64,000 bases of DNA from Ylistrum balloti (taxonomy: Eukaryota). Position 1 is the stretch's first letter. Every line of letters starts with the position of its first letter. The position numbers were made by a program, and so were the translations under genes. The notes under the pieces are model-generated. The model saw nothing but the letters and a program-made list of their open reading frames with translations. It ran no database searches and had not been told where the DNA came from. Location: contig NW_026782491.1 in assembly GCF_031769215.1 (NCBI RefSeq), forward strand, positions 206,882 through 270,881. Direction: 5' to 3'. This document shows, piece after piece, positions 41,280-54,618 of this stretch.

Positions 41280-42499
41280 GTAGCATTAAGGAGGAGACGG
41301 GGATTATCCAGTATTCTTGTCACCTATGCAGCTACTCCAGTCAGAGCCTGTACCACTACCGTCAACATCTGGCTGTCCACGGAGGCTTCAAATGGTTGAC
41401 AGCCGGAACGCAACTGGAGTCTCGTTTAAAGTGCGGGTATTGTTCATACCTTGCATCTGGAGACAAGGACTTTAATTCACATATGGAAAAACATCTTGCC
41501 ACAAGACCTTTTAGCTGCCCTTATTGTGACTTCTCACAATATACACAAGGGAAGGTGAAAACTCACGTAGCGTATGCTCATCCTGATAAACCCCTTGAAG
41601 TATCAAGAGAATCTGGTAGTAGCTGTTTAATTGACGACACCCTGCAATTAGACTCTGTCACACTCGTACGTCTTGATCCGACGATAAAGCTTGTTGACAT
41701 ATTGTCACTACAGGCATCAGACTATGAAAAACTCTTGCTTGACGCTAATATATCTGTTGTTGACTTTGATAACCTTTCAGACGATCGGTTTTCTGCTGTT
41801 GCAAGTAATCTCGGTATTACTTTGGAAAACGAGTATGAAGTGAAGACAGAAACTGGAGATTACAACTGTGGGGATAGTGGAGAACAGTATGAGGACTTTG
41901 TCGTAAAGTCCGAAAAACTGGATGAAAATGTTAAAAATCTGGCAGAAACAACTGGTGAGGAAATGGATATAAGTACTATGGTGACCTCTGCAGGCAGTAA
42001 CAAAGACAGTTCAAGTGGTATTGACGAAGCTGATCAGGAAATAAACTACCGGATTATACCTGAAAGCAATGAAAATATTTACCAGGAAAAAACGGAATTT
42101 ACTCAAAAGAATTCTACAAATGATTTTAGCGATGTAAGTGATGCCCCATTATCACAGGATGATGACTCGGAAGACATTGATACTGCCGACGAGAGTTTAG
42201 TGGAAATGGAATTTGAAAGTGTGAGTCAAGAGTCTGTAGGTGGTAAATCCTTGCCAGAATTATCGGTGAATGAAAACACCATTCACGAGTCGTCGATCGA
42301 CGCAGAGGAGGAAGCTACTGTACAATATGAGTCAATAATGGAGGAAGACGACTTGAATGAACAACAGATCGACAAAGCTGATGGAGTGGATACATTAGTT
42401 AATGAAGCGGGGGAGCCAAATGACCTTGATACTTCACGGAGTTCCAACTGTGAACCAGTTTGGGAATCACAAGGATTCCATGTGATTGATGAAGTTTGA
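41280..42499 (+). CDS. Zinc-finger gene terminal coding exon (three more C2H2 fingers, then a long D/E/S-rich acidic tail; stop TGA at 42497-42499)
   Basis: Acceptor gcttgttttacag at 41266-41279. Phase 1 + GT restores Gly. The frame then runs in phase with ORF 41396-42499 and encodes YSCHLCSYS...HLAVH, LKCGYCSY...HMEKH and FSCPYCDF...HVAYAHPDKP. Confidence 0.75.
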
Positions 42500-45400
42500 A
42501 ACAAAGGGAATCAATGAACACTCAATGTTCAATATTATATTATGTGTTCAATAGTGTAAATATAAGGGCATTATTTTGGAAAGACTGTTCAGTCTCCAAA
42601 TATGAGGAAGTGAGCGAATGACTTGTTCATGATTTACAAGGTCATGAGTCCAAAGAACTTTCAGTAGATCCATGCTCCACACTGTAGTTATAATGTGTAC
42701 ATGTTCAAACGTAGCAAACTTTTAAGCGCCATTCAGAAGAAGAAATGATTACCACGTTGTCTTACCCACTTAAAGGTAATGAGAGACTGACTTCACTCAG
42801 ATCCCTATAAAATTGCAATATGATTGGTGTTTTCCTCGGGACTAGTTCCTATGCTAGAGTTTCGAAAAATTCTCTTTGACCACTCGCAGCTGTCTCCAAA
42901 TGAACATTGACATGGAGCGATGTTTATAACGTTAGTTTCGGAAGGAAACCGTCTGCTTAAACCTGTTATCATTTTAATCAAAGAAGTTATAGTCGTGCCG
43001 CATTGTGTTCCTACAGACAAAAACTGATCATCGTGTTTTACTCCACATGTAAATTCTAAAGATGGTTGGATGCTATGAATTATACATTTGATGATTTAAA
43101 AGTGATTGTTTATAAATATGTATGAAACTGCATGTAAAACCGTCATAATTCTACTGCTGGTGGTTGTTGATAACCTATATACATATATCATATGTCCTTG
43201 GATCTTCGCATTTGAAACCATATATGAATCTTGATATCTACAGTGCTTGTTCATGTTAGTTATGTTAGATGTGCGAGTAAAATATTCGTAGCAAATGTAT
43301 TGGAGATGTATATTTCTTCATGTGGATTGATGTGTCTTTAAATGAAATTATTTTTATGTTTATCACGATCAATGCCTACACCATCACAACGGTGTACATT
43401 TGTAACAATTGTAATATTATTCCATACGTAGTATACCAATGGTCTATGGCGGGTATTAGCACAGGCTTTCATTAGCACGCTCATGAATGTTCCTTATGGG
43501 AAATCGGTATACTTCATTCTTGCTTAGTGTGATAAAAATAAGATAGATGGAAGCGTGTGTATCTGTCACAGTACATCACATTAGCATTTGATTCCTTATG
43601 TCCAAATAGTAGTGTCACATATATGTCGCACTCTTTTGACCAATGTGTTAAGAGAAATGATTTAAAAAAGTCGTGAGTAATATGTACAGTCCAAATCAAT
43701 GTGCATTTATTTTCTATATTTGCATTCGAAACCCGAAATGGTGCTTTATATCATTTACGTTTTTGGCAAAACTACGATGTTCCTCTGTGATAGTAACCTT
43801 AGAAATGTTCAAAGCATTTTATGTTTTTGCCATAGATTTTGTTTACCAAATGTTTCATTTTTAGAATCTCGATAACAAATCGTCAAAATGTTTCTTTATT
43901 TCCTCCATTACTTTTTCATTCGTTCTGACAGCAAGAACTGTTCGGGCATTTTGAGTCATTTTCATTTTGCATTATACCAAAACCGATCGTTATATCAATT
44001 AAATTAATGGTGCTAGTTTCATCCAATGAAATAAGTTTTTTTTTCAGAAGATTCTCTTTTGATCGTATTAAGTACGTTATAATTGAATGTCTCAGACTTT
44101 ATGTGTATTTGCCTTCTTTGTCATTACTAAGAAAATTGCTGAAAGTATTTCTTATATATGATATTTTTTTTCCTTTCTTGCAAAATTGTACCACTCTAAA
44201 ACTAGATTAAAAATAACTTCAAATTCAAGCTTTTATCGCCCTGTCACTACGTACAAGGCGCATCATTTCGCCCCTTCTGATGAAAGGACTATTCCATGTA
44301 CTCAAGTCATAATTTGTGTGTAATAATCCACTAATAATTCTAATGATGGTTAAATAGCGAATTCTGGCGACAAATTCGAATTCACGGATGAAGCGTTGGG
44401 AAGGGGGAAATAAGATAATTAAACAGATTAAATGAAATTTTGAATTGATGAATACTTTGAAAAAGGTGCACAGGTAACACAAAACTTTCAAAGGGAATTT
44501 ACCTTTTAATGTACTTCCATATGTGAATGCAAATGTGTTGATTACACGTTCGTAGAAGACATGAGGTAGAGGCATGCTTTTTCAATTTAACATTTTTTTT
44601 AGATCACATTGATTATTTTCTTCTGACCGATTCCCACGCGTATATGGTAAAAGTATGCATGCAATTTGTTATTATATTGTCTTTAATTTGAGTGCATGTG
44701 TGAGCATGACCTTTTGAAACCGTTTAAAATCATTGACACAATTATTTTGTTATTGAATCAAAATTGCAGTATTTTCTTTTGAAAAAATGTTATTAAAATG
44801 TTAATGTTAAATACATGTGTATTTTGGCGTTTTTCTTTACAAATAAGTTTGCATGTATTGATGTTATGTATTTAAATTACAAGAGGAAGAATACTACGTC
44901 AGAATCATTATCATTATTGGATTATTTGGATTATTAACTCTAGGTCATGACAAGAAGACACCAGCAATACAGACACAGCAATAACGCAGATGCCAGGCAT
45001 CAGAAAGTAAAAAAGTTAAATTACGCGTCGAACCGAATTAATTTCGTGTATTTCTTATTCAAATCATATGAATGTAATACTGTAAGGTTATTTAATTTGG
45101 CGGGGATAATATCTCATGGTTGTCCCGGTTTTGACTAGTTCACAGGTATTAAACTCTGCATATGATTTGGAGTCCATGTATACTAGTATACCAACATTAA
45201 CATTCTAGGCAGATTTGTTCAGTGGGTATTTGCTTTTGCGCTGTATGTATTGACCGTTAATATAGAGATATTAAATCATATGAATATTACCAACTTTACA
45301 ATACAGTCAGTGTCTTAATGACGTCTTGGTAGGTATATAACAAATGACCTATTTGGCTTACATGGTCATGAACCCCCGTTCAGTAACGATAAGGAAATAA

Positions 45401-45689
45401 GGCCTCTTAATTATTTTGATATTTGACCGTGCTGAAGTATCCTAATTGGGATACTTAACATATCGTCGGAACTTGCACCACTCATCGTTATGACATAGAT
45501 GTAATCGGATACATGACGTGAAAAGACTGAAAAATTCCAAGAGCTGTGATTAGGTTGTTTCTGTAGAAGGCACATGTTACCTTTATCATCGATTAATTAT
45601 AGTTTATTAAAGCAATACTTCAGCGTTTTTTTATCTCCCACCCAACAAAGTTGGCGGTGGATATTCAAATGTGTTCCGTCCGTCCTCTC

Positions 45690-46440
45690 GTACGTCCGGA
45701 TGCTGCTTTCCGCATATCTTTTGAAGGATTGAAACTTGTTTTGTACACTTGTTGAATAAATTGCCATTTGTTCGGTTAACGGCAAATTCAGCGTATATTT
45801 AATGAGGCTGATGTGACCTGATTGGCTGATTTCTTTAATCGTTCTCGAATGCTGCTTTCTGCACGATACGTTTTGAAAGGATTGGTCAGATTTCGATGAA
45901 ACTTTCCTGGTACACATGTTACCTTAATCCCTTGCCAAAGTTCGATAAACGACGAATTCCGCAGATATTAATTGAGGCTGTTGTGAACTAATTTACTGAT
46001 TTCTTTAATCAATCGATGGGAAAACTGCACAATTTATGATGAAGGAATGATAAGATTTTTTAGAAACTTGGTATGTAGACTTAATACCTTAATTCCTTGT
46101 TCAGATTCGATTATCGGCAAATTCTATGCATATTTTATGAGACTGCAGTGACTTAATTGGCTGATATATTTAGGCACTCTTACTGAATGCTTTCCGCACG
46201 TTATATTTTGAAGGAACAAATTAAATATTATGAGACTTGCTTGGTAGACTTGTTACCTTAACCCCTTGTTCAAGGTTGATTATTGGCAATTTTTTGTGCA
46301 TATTTTATGAGGCTGCTTTGACCTGATTGGCCAAAGTATTTCAACACCCATAGTGAATGATTTACGCATGTTAACTTTTGAAGGAAGAAATGAATTTTGA
46401 TGAGACTTGCATGGAAAATTTATATCATAATCTCCTCACT
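45690..46440. repeat. ~190-bp tandem repeat, 4-5 diverged copies, each with a TGACCTGATTGGCTGAT (inverted CCAAT-like) core
   Basis: Recurrent blocks ...ttgaaggattg...ttaccttaa[tc]cccttg...aattgaggctg...tgacctgattggc... at ~190-bp spacing. Confidence 0.75.
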
Positions 46441-49194
46441 CATGTTGCACACTCACCGGTTATAGTTTGTATTACTGGTAATAGCTTTCTTGCAATTTTA
46501 TATATCTGACTATCAGATGCTGTATTGTAGTTTATAAATTTGAATAAACTATCTCACTTTTTGTCATACTTGAGCGATAGGTGAAATATTGATTAATCCA
46601 GCAGCACTCAAATTAAGTGACAAATATTCTATCATTACCGTCGGATAAAACATTCACAGTATTATGCTACTAAATTCCTATTCTATTTATCACTATCAAC
46701 GGAACTTTAAACCGAACGTAAACTATGAAATGGCTTCAATATCTTAATTTTTCATGTTGCTCACTTTAAATGTATATATTTTACAAATGAATGGGCAGGG
46801 GATCTTGATGAATATGTCCTTGTTTATACTTGTGATGATATGATGGTTTTGCCAGGACAGAAAAGTTGACGAACGAGACGGTATCTCATGGCCATCAAGC
46901 TACTATACATGGGTATTTCTGTGTATCTAAATACTTTTAGAAAAGGGCATTTTTCATTCCTATTTCATATAATACGTTCCACACAGGTTTTTAATCATAC
47001 ATGTGAATGTGTGATAATGTCGCAAGCGTCTTGTTTTAAGCGACGACCTTCTCTAAGCTACCTGTTAACGTTGACCATTTTCATTAAGATCGGTATTAGG
47101 CATTCCGTTCCTTTCTTGTACAAAGGACAGTTTCTTAAGGCTTCCCATTTTAGTTTACATAAATTAGACAAGACCGCTTCTGAACTTCCCGTTGGTGCAT
47201 AACTATAATATCTGAGAGACCCAGTGTTAAGAGATGGAGGCACCAGGCACGACACTTTCGACTGTAGTCACGCCGACTGTATCTCATCGCCTGTTACAAG
47301 AGACTCCTTACTTGTATAGCAGGTCTCTTTCTTGTCTTGGTGGTTTGGCTCGGTAGTTTTCTCCAATTTCCTGTGTAAGGTAAACGCAGAGATCAACAAT
47401 AAGAACAGTTGTATCTCACGTCACCAGCAATATCTGGATTTCCCGTCTACTTGTCTTTCGAGGGACGTCTCCTTCTCCATGGTGCAAAAATATATTTATC
47501 ATAGCAAGATGAGATTTATGTGTAACCATCATGTGGTAAAATCACTTGGTAGTTATTTAAATTATTATTACATTAGATGGATCGGAGGTATATGTATCAA
47601 ATGTCAAGAGAATTATAAAGGCTTATTTGTAGTCAATACAACAAGGCAATGCAAAAACAGTGTTAGTGCGAAAGTAAATATGATAGAAAAAGAGGAACCT
47701 GGGAAGGATGTACACGGAAGACGTACTGTACTAGATACATGGGAGACATACAGTACATAAATATGTAATATATGACCATGCAAAATATTACGTCTATCAA
47801 TAATTTAATAGTTATGCTTTCAAAATATAACAATACAAACATTACGCTGAAATTCTTTCAGTAGCATGCACTACCTAAAATTATTGTTATTTTGACGTTT
47901 CATTTCTCGCCTTCCGATTGAGACCATTTATCAGGTGTTCTGAAGCCGCCATTTAGAAGCTGTTTCGTTGTTTCAGGAATATCTATGTAATGGAATACAG
48001 ATACCTTCATGTATATAGGATTAAATGTTTAATACGTAATACGCGTACTAACCAAATAGCATGGATATCAATGCTCATACAAGTAGGAGCCCAAGTCGTT
48101 ACATGCATAATCACCACTGTTCATCAAAAAGGGGAAAATCTATATCGACATTAAAGTATATAAATACATTAATGACTTGTATAAAACAAAATCAAGGGCC
48201 ATATTTTAAATGTGTGAATACTGCAATTTAGTATAGATAGTACACGTCAAATAAATCCATTGAAACGTTGCATAATCGCATAAACAGTGAAACATCACGG
48301 TTTGTATAATTCCGTGATGAACGGGCACCGTTTGTGATCAAAACTTGTAATCCCCAAACCAAGACAGGAAGGGATAAGTACGCTAACAGTGATGGCCTGG
48401 CTTGTTTTATACTGATCCGATCTGCATCATACTACCACAGCCCCAGCTACTCGCAGCTATCTCACGCCTCGACAGTCAGCAGCGAACGCCGAGTTGATTC
48501 GCGGCATTCTCCCTAGGGCAGAAGTGGTTAATAATCTTGGCAAGGATTCACATCTGCCGTACAGCAGAAACGTCAGAAGGATGACACGTGTTATATCGAT
48601 GGTAGTGCTATCTCAGACAGAGGCCTGACCAAGATTTCAACGCGGAGGCAAAATAGATTACAAAAAAGCTAATTTTGTAGTTGTATCAGATACAGTAGAT
48701 TTAAGCTGTGTTGTAGGACTCGTTAGTGATGCTAAGGACCTAAATGTTGAACCATATAGGCACAGACAGTAGAACCTGTCTACTTTGACGTTATGTAAAA
48801 TCCATCGCAATGGTTTGGTTAGGTACGGTGTCGGCATAAACAGCTTTGTTTGGTGGTTCGGTTTGGTCAAAGTATTAGACAATAGTCGCCTAAGACAGTT
48901 TGTTGAAACACATGCAGGTGATATTAGCCAAAAAATATTCAGGAGTCGGGTGAGTAAGGTTTGTAAAAATCCTTCCTGAATGGTAAAATAATATTCAACA
49001 TAATATTCTCTGAAATTTTATGGTTGTCCTAATGTAATTCCACACCCAAGGCCCCTAACATCACTGCAATCAATTTATATATATATGTACTTCCAAAGAG
49101 TATCTGATTTCAATCAATGACCAATAATCCAGCAACGAAGTTACTATCAGTGGTTAATCCATCTACCAAATAACAAGCATCCAATGATACATTT

Positions 49195-49870
49195 TCCGAG
49201 CAACAACCAACCAATAATCGAGTAACCAAGCAACAATCAACCAATAATCGAGTAACCAAGCAACAATCAACCAATAATCGAGTAACCAAGCAACAATCAA
49301 CCAATAATCGAGTAACCAAGCAACAATCAACCAATAACCCAGTAGCCAAGGAACAATCAACCAATAATCCAGTAGCCAAGCAACAATCAATCAATAATCC
49401 AGTAACCAAGCAACAATCAACCTATAATCCAGTATCCAAGCAACAATCAACCAATAATCCAGTAACCAAGCCACGATCAGCAAATAATCCAGTTACCAAG
49501 CAACAACAACCAAAACTCAATCTACCAAGGAACAATCTACCAATAACCCAGTTACCAAGCAACAACCAACCAGTTATTCAGTAACCAAGCAACAATCAAC
49601 CAATATTCATCTACCAAGCAACAACCAACCTATAAATCATCAGTCAGCAAATAATCAAGTTACCAAGCAACCAATAAACAACCAACGAACAAAAACAACA
49701 ATTTAGCCAATTAACGACAACCACTCACTGCAACCAATAATCCAGCAACCAAGCGACAATCAGTCAATTATCGACAACCAATCAACCTATAAACCAAAAC
49801 AATAAACGACAATCACTCATTGCAAACAATAATTCATTAACTTAGCAATAATCAGCCAATAATCTAAGAA
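49195..49870. repeat. 30-bp minisatellite (caacaatcaaccaataatcgagtaaccaag), ~22 copies, degenerating at the 3' end
   Basis: Direct tandem repetition. ORFs 49110-49409(-) and 49163-49390(-) are translation artefacts. Confidence 0.9.
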
Positions 49871-51099
49871 TAGGTTATCAACACCAGCACGCACTCATTT
49901 TATAACACCAATGTATGGAACGATATGTGTTTTCGTGTATTTATCACAATTCTAACTTGTTTATTAAATGGTTTTCAGTGAATCGTTGATTTTATAAATA
50001 CTAAACATTAAAAATAAAACACACTTGAGATATCAGCAATATAATCTGTAATCAATAACTCAACGATAACAACACCACACCATTTTCCCAGTTATACAGT
50101 GTATATACGATATCATTGTCAACATTTTGTCTCTTAATTGTTTGATAAAACTATATATTATTCTTATTAAGTGTACATTAGTAACAATATTGATACAATT
50201 TCTATCATAGATTTCAGTATATTTTGTTCAGAATAATGTTTAGCCGTTAAGGAATGGACACATATCCAGTAAAACTGTGGAGTAGCCCAGATAACGTGTA
50301 CTTCCTTAGCTGCTTGACAGTCAAGTTTAATTCAGGCATAGTAATTGCATATACAAGTACTGTTCTTAAAGCAGTCTTTAACCAACGTCAATTAGAAAGT
50401 AAATTTAATGGAAGGCCTATGTGGTTAGTTGCTGTCCTTACTTTCGTAATTCTGACGTCAAAAAGAAAACAGGTTTACACATAATTAACACAAAAGTTTA
50501 TCGAACAATAACTTCATAAGTGTAAATCTTAACACGTTAACAAAAGGAGTTCACGTTACAGAATACATTCACACAAAAATGAATGGTTGAACATACAGCT
50601 GGCAACACTTACAACCATATGCAATGTTTTACACAGGAAATCATCTATGCTTAACCAAATCAACATTCGTACTGCTTGAAAAACGTGTTTCTTTAAATAT
50701 TAATGTTAAATCGTCACGTCATCAGAAGATATTGAAAAGCCGACGTAAATCATAGAGTATATTATGACGTCATCATTATACATAAAGCAATAATAGATTG
50801 CCTAATTATTATAATTTTTTTTAAAATTTTCTTTAAATTTCTCACAATCTATTTAATATTTAGTTTTCTTTGTACACTGGTTAGTATGATATTGCGGTTT
50901 GAACCCGCTAGAGTTCACATATTTAACTATATAGACTAGTTGCTTTAAACATTGCATGTTCATTGCTTGGTGACAATTTTGAAGGCTTGTTGAGTCTACT
51001 TCTCGATCAGATCGTCAGGTGATTTTTTGCTCCACTCTGTGAATCCTCCCTATAAATAAACATAGCATTTTAATTAAAACTTGTGCTGCACAGAAGAAT

Positions 51100-51330
51100 G
51101 AATCATCAATTTATAAATATCACAAACTATCTGTTCCAATGCAGGAAAATGATTATCTTTACAATACTTGTTTACCTGAGTCAGTTAACTGTCGGGATTT
51201 GGGCGTTACGTAGTCCAGAGAATGAAATAAGCTATTTGTTCCAATGCTGGAAAATGAAGATCTTTACCAAACTGTCCAGATGTTGGCGTTATGGAGTCCA
51301 GAGAATGACTCGTCAGATCGTTTTATAATA
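51100..51330. repeat. ~95-bp tandem duplication (2 copies)
   Basis: ctatttgttccaatgc[at]ggaaaatga...gtccagagaatga appears twice. ORF 51083-51328 shows an internal peptide repeat. Confidence 0.7.
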
Positions 51331-52609
51331 GTACATTAGTGAGATATGATGCTGTCTATCGATACCGCCGCTCTGGTTACTCTAAACTTTTATTAAAGTT
51401 CCCCCTGTCCAATGTTGCCAACCCTAATATAATTCGTCACACATAAGAATCGTGTAACGACTTGTTCTCAAATTTGAAATTTAAATTTAAGGTTTTTCTC
51501 AAATTTAGTTACTTAATTTAAGGTATGTGAGGTAGTTCTTGAGAGCATGCTTAGCAGCACATGTACTTATGGTTCCTACTTCTGCTTCATTGAAGAAATC
51601 GGGTGATCATAATAAAAATGCTTTCTCTTTACGAAATATCTCAACATTCAAGATGAAACATGTTTTTTCTTGACAATTTGTATAATTTGTATGCATATAA
51701 TAGTTGTACTGAAGATTCAATGAATTACAACAGATATGATAAATTAAAATATAAGGTACCTAAGTTCTAGGAGACGAGTGGAATAAACCATACATATCAC
51801 TTCAATATTGATGACACTAAATACGATAGAAAAAAGATCAATATAGTTGATATGACCACGTTTGAATCTAGTTCTTAATGTTTTATTATACATTTTTTAC
51901 GAACGATGCATGGTGTATAGATAAGTAACGCTGTCTGAAGGTAGCTCGGTGAAGTGTACACGGATTTTTTGGCGACTGATAAGTTCACAACCTTATTCTG
52001 CGTTAACCAAGGAACGTATGATGTTATCCTGCTTGTTACTTTCCGTATCCATGGACCAGACCAAGTGTATACAAATTTTGTAACGACTGATATATTCACC
52101 CCTTACTCTTCGTTGCCAAGGAAACTAATGTGCTTGGATCACCTGACAGATAAAACATGTGGTATCCCTGGTACAAGTCAATGATTCGGCTCACATTTTC
52201 CCTGTGTCGTCTGCTGCATGTATGTTAGCAGATAGCAATGAAAAGGGAAAACAGTACGGTTCCGACAAATTATAGATGTTTAGTATAACTGTATAATACT
52301 TGTCGTGGCAACGCCCAAAATTTTTGCCCCGTAATCATTGACCACATCTGTACAATCTATTCATTGCACATGTCTGTGTCATATTGGTTGCATTTCATTG
52401 TGACGTGAATGAGAGAAATCTCCCCTGGTTACTAATTCTTCGGCTACACAGGCAGTATAATGCGAAAATTTTCCCATCCATATAGTCAAATGTGTGTGCA
52501 GTAATCCGGTCGATTCGCATATTCTAGCCGTCATGAACGTCGATGGCTTGGTGAAAGCTGACAGCAAGTTGCAAGCCAGATGGACGATACGCGGTAGTGA
52601 TGACTGAGT

Positions 52610-52747
52610 GTATTGACTAACAGATCCATTTACGTAGGTCATTACAAGTGCCAAAATCGTACTTGTAGCAGCAAAGGCATAACCATTAGCATTAAAAGAA
52701 TCACCATGGGGTCCATTCACATGAAAACATGTCACCTTGGCAAACAC
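52610..52747 (-). pseudogene. Possible degenerate duplicate of the rhodanese catalytic-loop exon (…GDSFNANGYAFAATSTILALVMTYVNGSVSQY); the catalytic Cys is absent
   Basis: It shows weak protein and DNA similarity to 53243-53400(-): NANG versus CNSG, AFAA versus AFTAA, and VNGSVSQY versus NDNVSVY. The open frame extends 122 codons, but there are no clear splice sites. Confidence 0.2.
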
Positions 52748-53242
52748 TTACGTGACGATGAATCAAGATAATTTGCTATCCAGAAGGCCAAAATATCAAT
52801 AATATTTAGTCTTGGGTGATACTTAAGCGGAGATGACGAAGTAACTGATAGTTAAACTGAAACATCGCGAATGACCTAACCACATGATGATATGCAATTT
52901 TCGTAGTTCAATGGTAATTAAGACACGAAGAACATCATATGAAACACGGTTAAGTATATATCAACCTATTGTTAACATTTACAGGACAAAAAAGAACCTC
53001 TGATGGTTACGATGAAACATGACAAAGACCAAAGGTCACGAGATACCCTCGCCGTGGCGAAGACTTAGGCCATATATAGAGATAAGTCATTGCTTCGCCA
53101 TAAGGACGAAATTATACGTGTAAATCTCGTGTAAGTGAATAGCAACAAATTATTACATCGTTTGAGATTTACGGAGGTCATTGCTATTGCTACATTTGCA
53201 GGCCGAAATACCCGAGTAATTATCACATATGTAGATACTTAC

Positions 53243-53400
53243 ATGGTATACAGAAACATTGTCGTTGCCACACAAAGCTGCTGTGAAGGCCAAAGTACAC
53301 GATGACATGCCACTGTTGCAGTAACAGACCATGGGTTTAGATAGATCGATTCCAGCAGTGGTAAATTCTACAATTAATACATTGTCATATGTTATGGGAA
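53243..53400 (-). CDS. Sulfurtransferase exon 6: catalytic loop (…GIDLSKPMVCYCNSGMSSCTLAFTAALCGNDNVSVYH); the 3' end is at donor CAT|GTAAGT
   Basis: It aligns with MPST ...[35 protein letters not shown].... The frame and phase are continuous with exon 5. An alternative acceptor lies at 53367. The open frame continues to a stop at 53153 if unspliced. Confidence 0.65.
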
Positions 53401-53532
53401 CTTTAATTATAAGAAATATGAATTTGTTCTTACACGCCGATGCGATGAAATTCATTCCACATTTCAAATTGTTATAAATTTCAATCTATCAATTCATAAC
53501 ATTCAAACTGAAATTAAAAAAAACGTATCTAC

Positions 53533-53631
53533 CTTTTTTAAGATCGTCCAGATCTTTTAAAGTTCCTGTGGAACTGTTGACTAATTGAGACATCGGTAGA
53601 TTTTTAGCACCTTTTATATGTCCTTTGCCAT
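53533..53631 (-). CDS. Sulfurtransferase exon 5 (DGKGHIKGAKNLPMSQLVNSSTGTLKDLDDLKK)
   Basis: Acceptor ttgttttcag| and donor AAG|GTAGAT. GHIKGAKNLP matches the conserved rhodanese GHIPG(T/S)VN(I/M)P. It is 99 nt, entering and leaving in phase 1. Confidence 0.7.
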
Positions 53632-54491
53632 CTGAAAACAATTACAAAATATATTTTTGAATGCCTGGTATTTTATGGGAGAAAAGTTTGAAAATGAAAT
53701 AAAGATTGCCCCTTCACATACACGGGAAAGAATTTAATGCAAAACACAATTAATTGTCCAAGGATATTGACAAAAGCGATGTTTGTTCGAATAGATAATG
53801 AATGTTGTTACACGTCTCCCTTTACTGTGTAAGTAAGGTTGTTTAACACATGGTATACAAGAACGTTCATAGACTAGAGAATCATTTTTAGATAAATTAA
53901 CTGATAATGAATATTCATATTAAAACAGGCCTAGATAGAGATCTGGAAAATATAGCGTATGATTTATACAAGTCATACTGAGGGAGAAATGCATGTTCTT
54001 TAACGAGATGTAAGGAAGATATGCTGAAAAGATGACTGTGCCATCGAAATAAAAAAAAACTATCATCTGTACAATTCAATCTTAACCCAATAAATAATGT
54101 GTACTGAAGGCGTCCCTCATTTTCACACAAAAACACGAGTAAACACAAATGAAAATATGTTACAGAGCTAGATAAAAAAGGCAGACACATTAATTTATCT
54201 CTAGATCTCTCCATATCCGGCAAACATTCTCCACTGAAGACTTAAAGAAAAACATTTAAATAAGAGTTATTTTCTGGATTTCATATGCAAAAAAAAAAAA
54301 AAAAAAATGGATTCAGGTCACCAGAGGATTCTGTCGATCTCAGACTGTATGCACCGAGGTTTAAAAGGAAGTAAGCCCCAGGACACAGGAAAAGTGCGAG
54401 TGTAGGTTAGGGAAATATAGACCTACACATGACCAGTAATCAGACATATAGCCCCACGGTTTCTTCTGCTGACGTGATCAGGAACACATAC

Positions 54492-54618
54492 CTGGACTGG
54501 TGTATTTCAATGTCGCCCGGCTGTCACACACCTGCCTATCCGGTCTCGTGAAATTATCTACCATGACTTCATACGTCAGTCTTATACTGTCATCTTTCGA
54601 ACAGGTAAAGTTCCCTTC
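54492..54618 (-). CDS. Sulfurtransferase exon 4 (EGNFTCSKDDSIRLTYEVMVDNFTRPDRQVCDSRATLKYTSP)
   Basis: Acceptor tgatattttcag| and donor CAG|GTATGT. TYE..., VDSRAT and GRF-like residues match MPST (FIKTYEDIKENLESRRFQVVDSRATGRF). It is 127 nt, phase 0 in and phase 1 out. Confidence 0.75.

Noticed and set aside
47332-47760. ORF 47332-47760(+), 142 aa
   Set aside because: No recognisable domain and no splice or promoter context. It is probably a chance ORF.
49110-49409. ORFs lying wholly in tandem repeats (49110-49409, 49163-49390, 58565-58780, 60943-61209, 62757-63002, 9287-9673, 56717-57071)
   Set aside because: The peptides are periodic translations of minisatellite or microsatellite units with no domain content.
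51875-52099. ORF 51875-52099(-) (…VYTWSGPWIRK…) as the missing DGSW-EW terminal exon of the sulfurtransferase
   Set aside because: The two W residues are mis-spaced. The ORF runs ~60 more codons instead of ending after ~25. The region is a ~100-bp tandem duplication, which explains its internal peptide repeat.
52750-52830. Minus-strand frame ...ILAFWIANYLDSSSRKCLPR* as the terminal sulfurtransferase exon
   Set aside because: It has W-x-x-x-Y-L, but the only in-frame (phase 0) acceptor would insert about 12 unrelated residues between VSVYH and the W. This is unconvincing.
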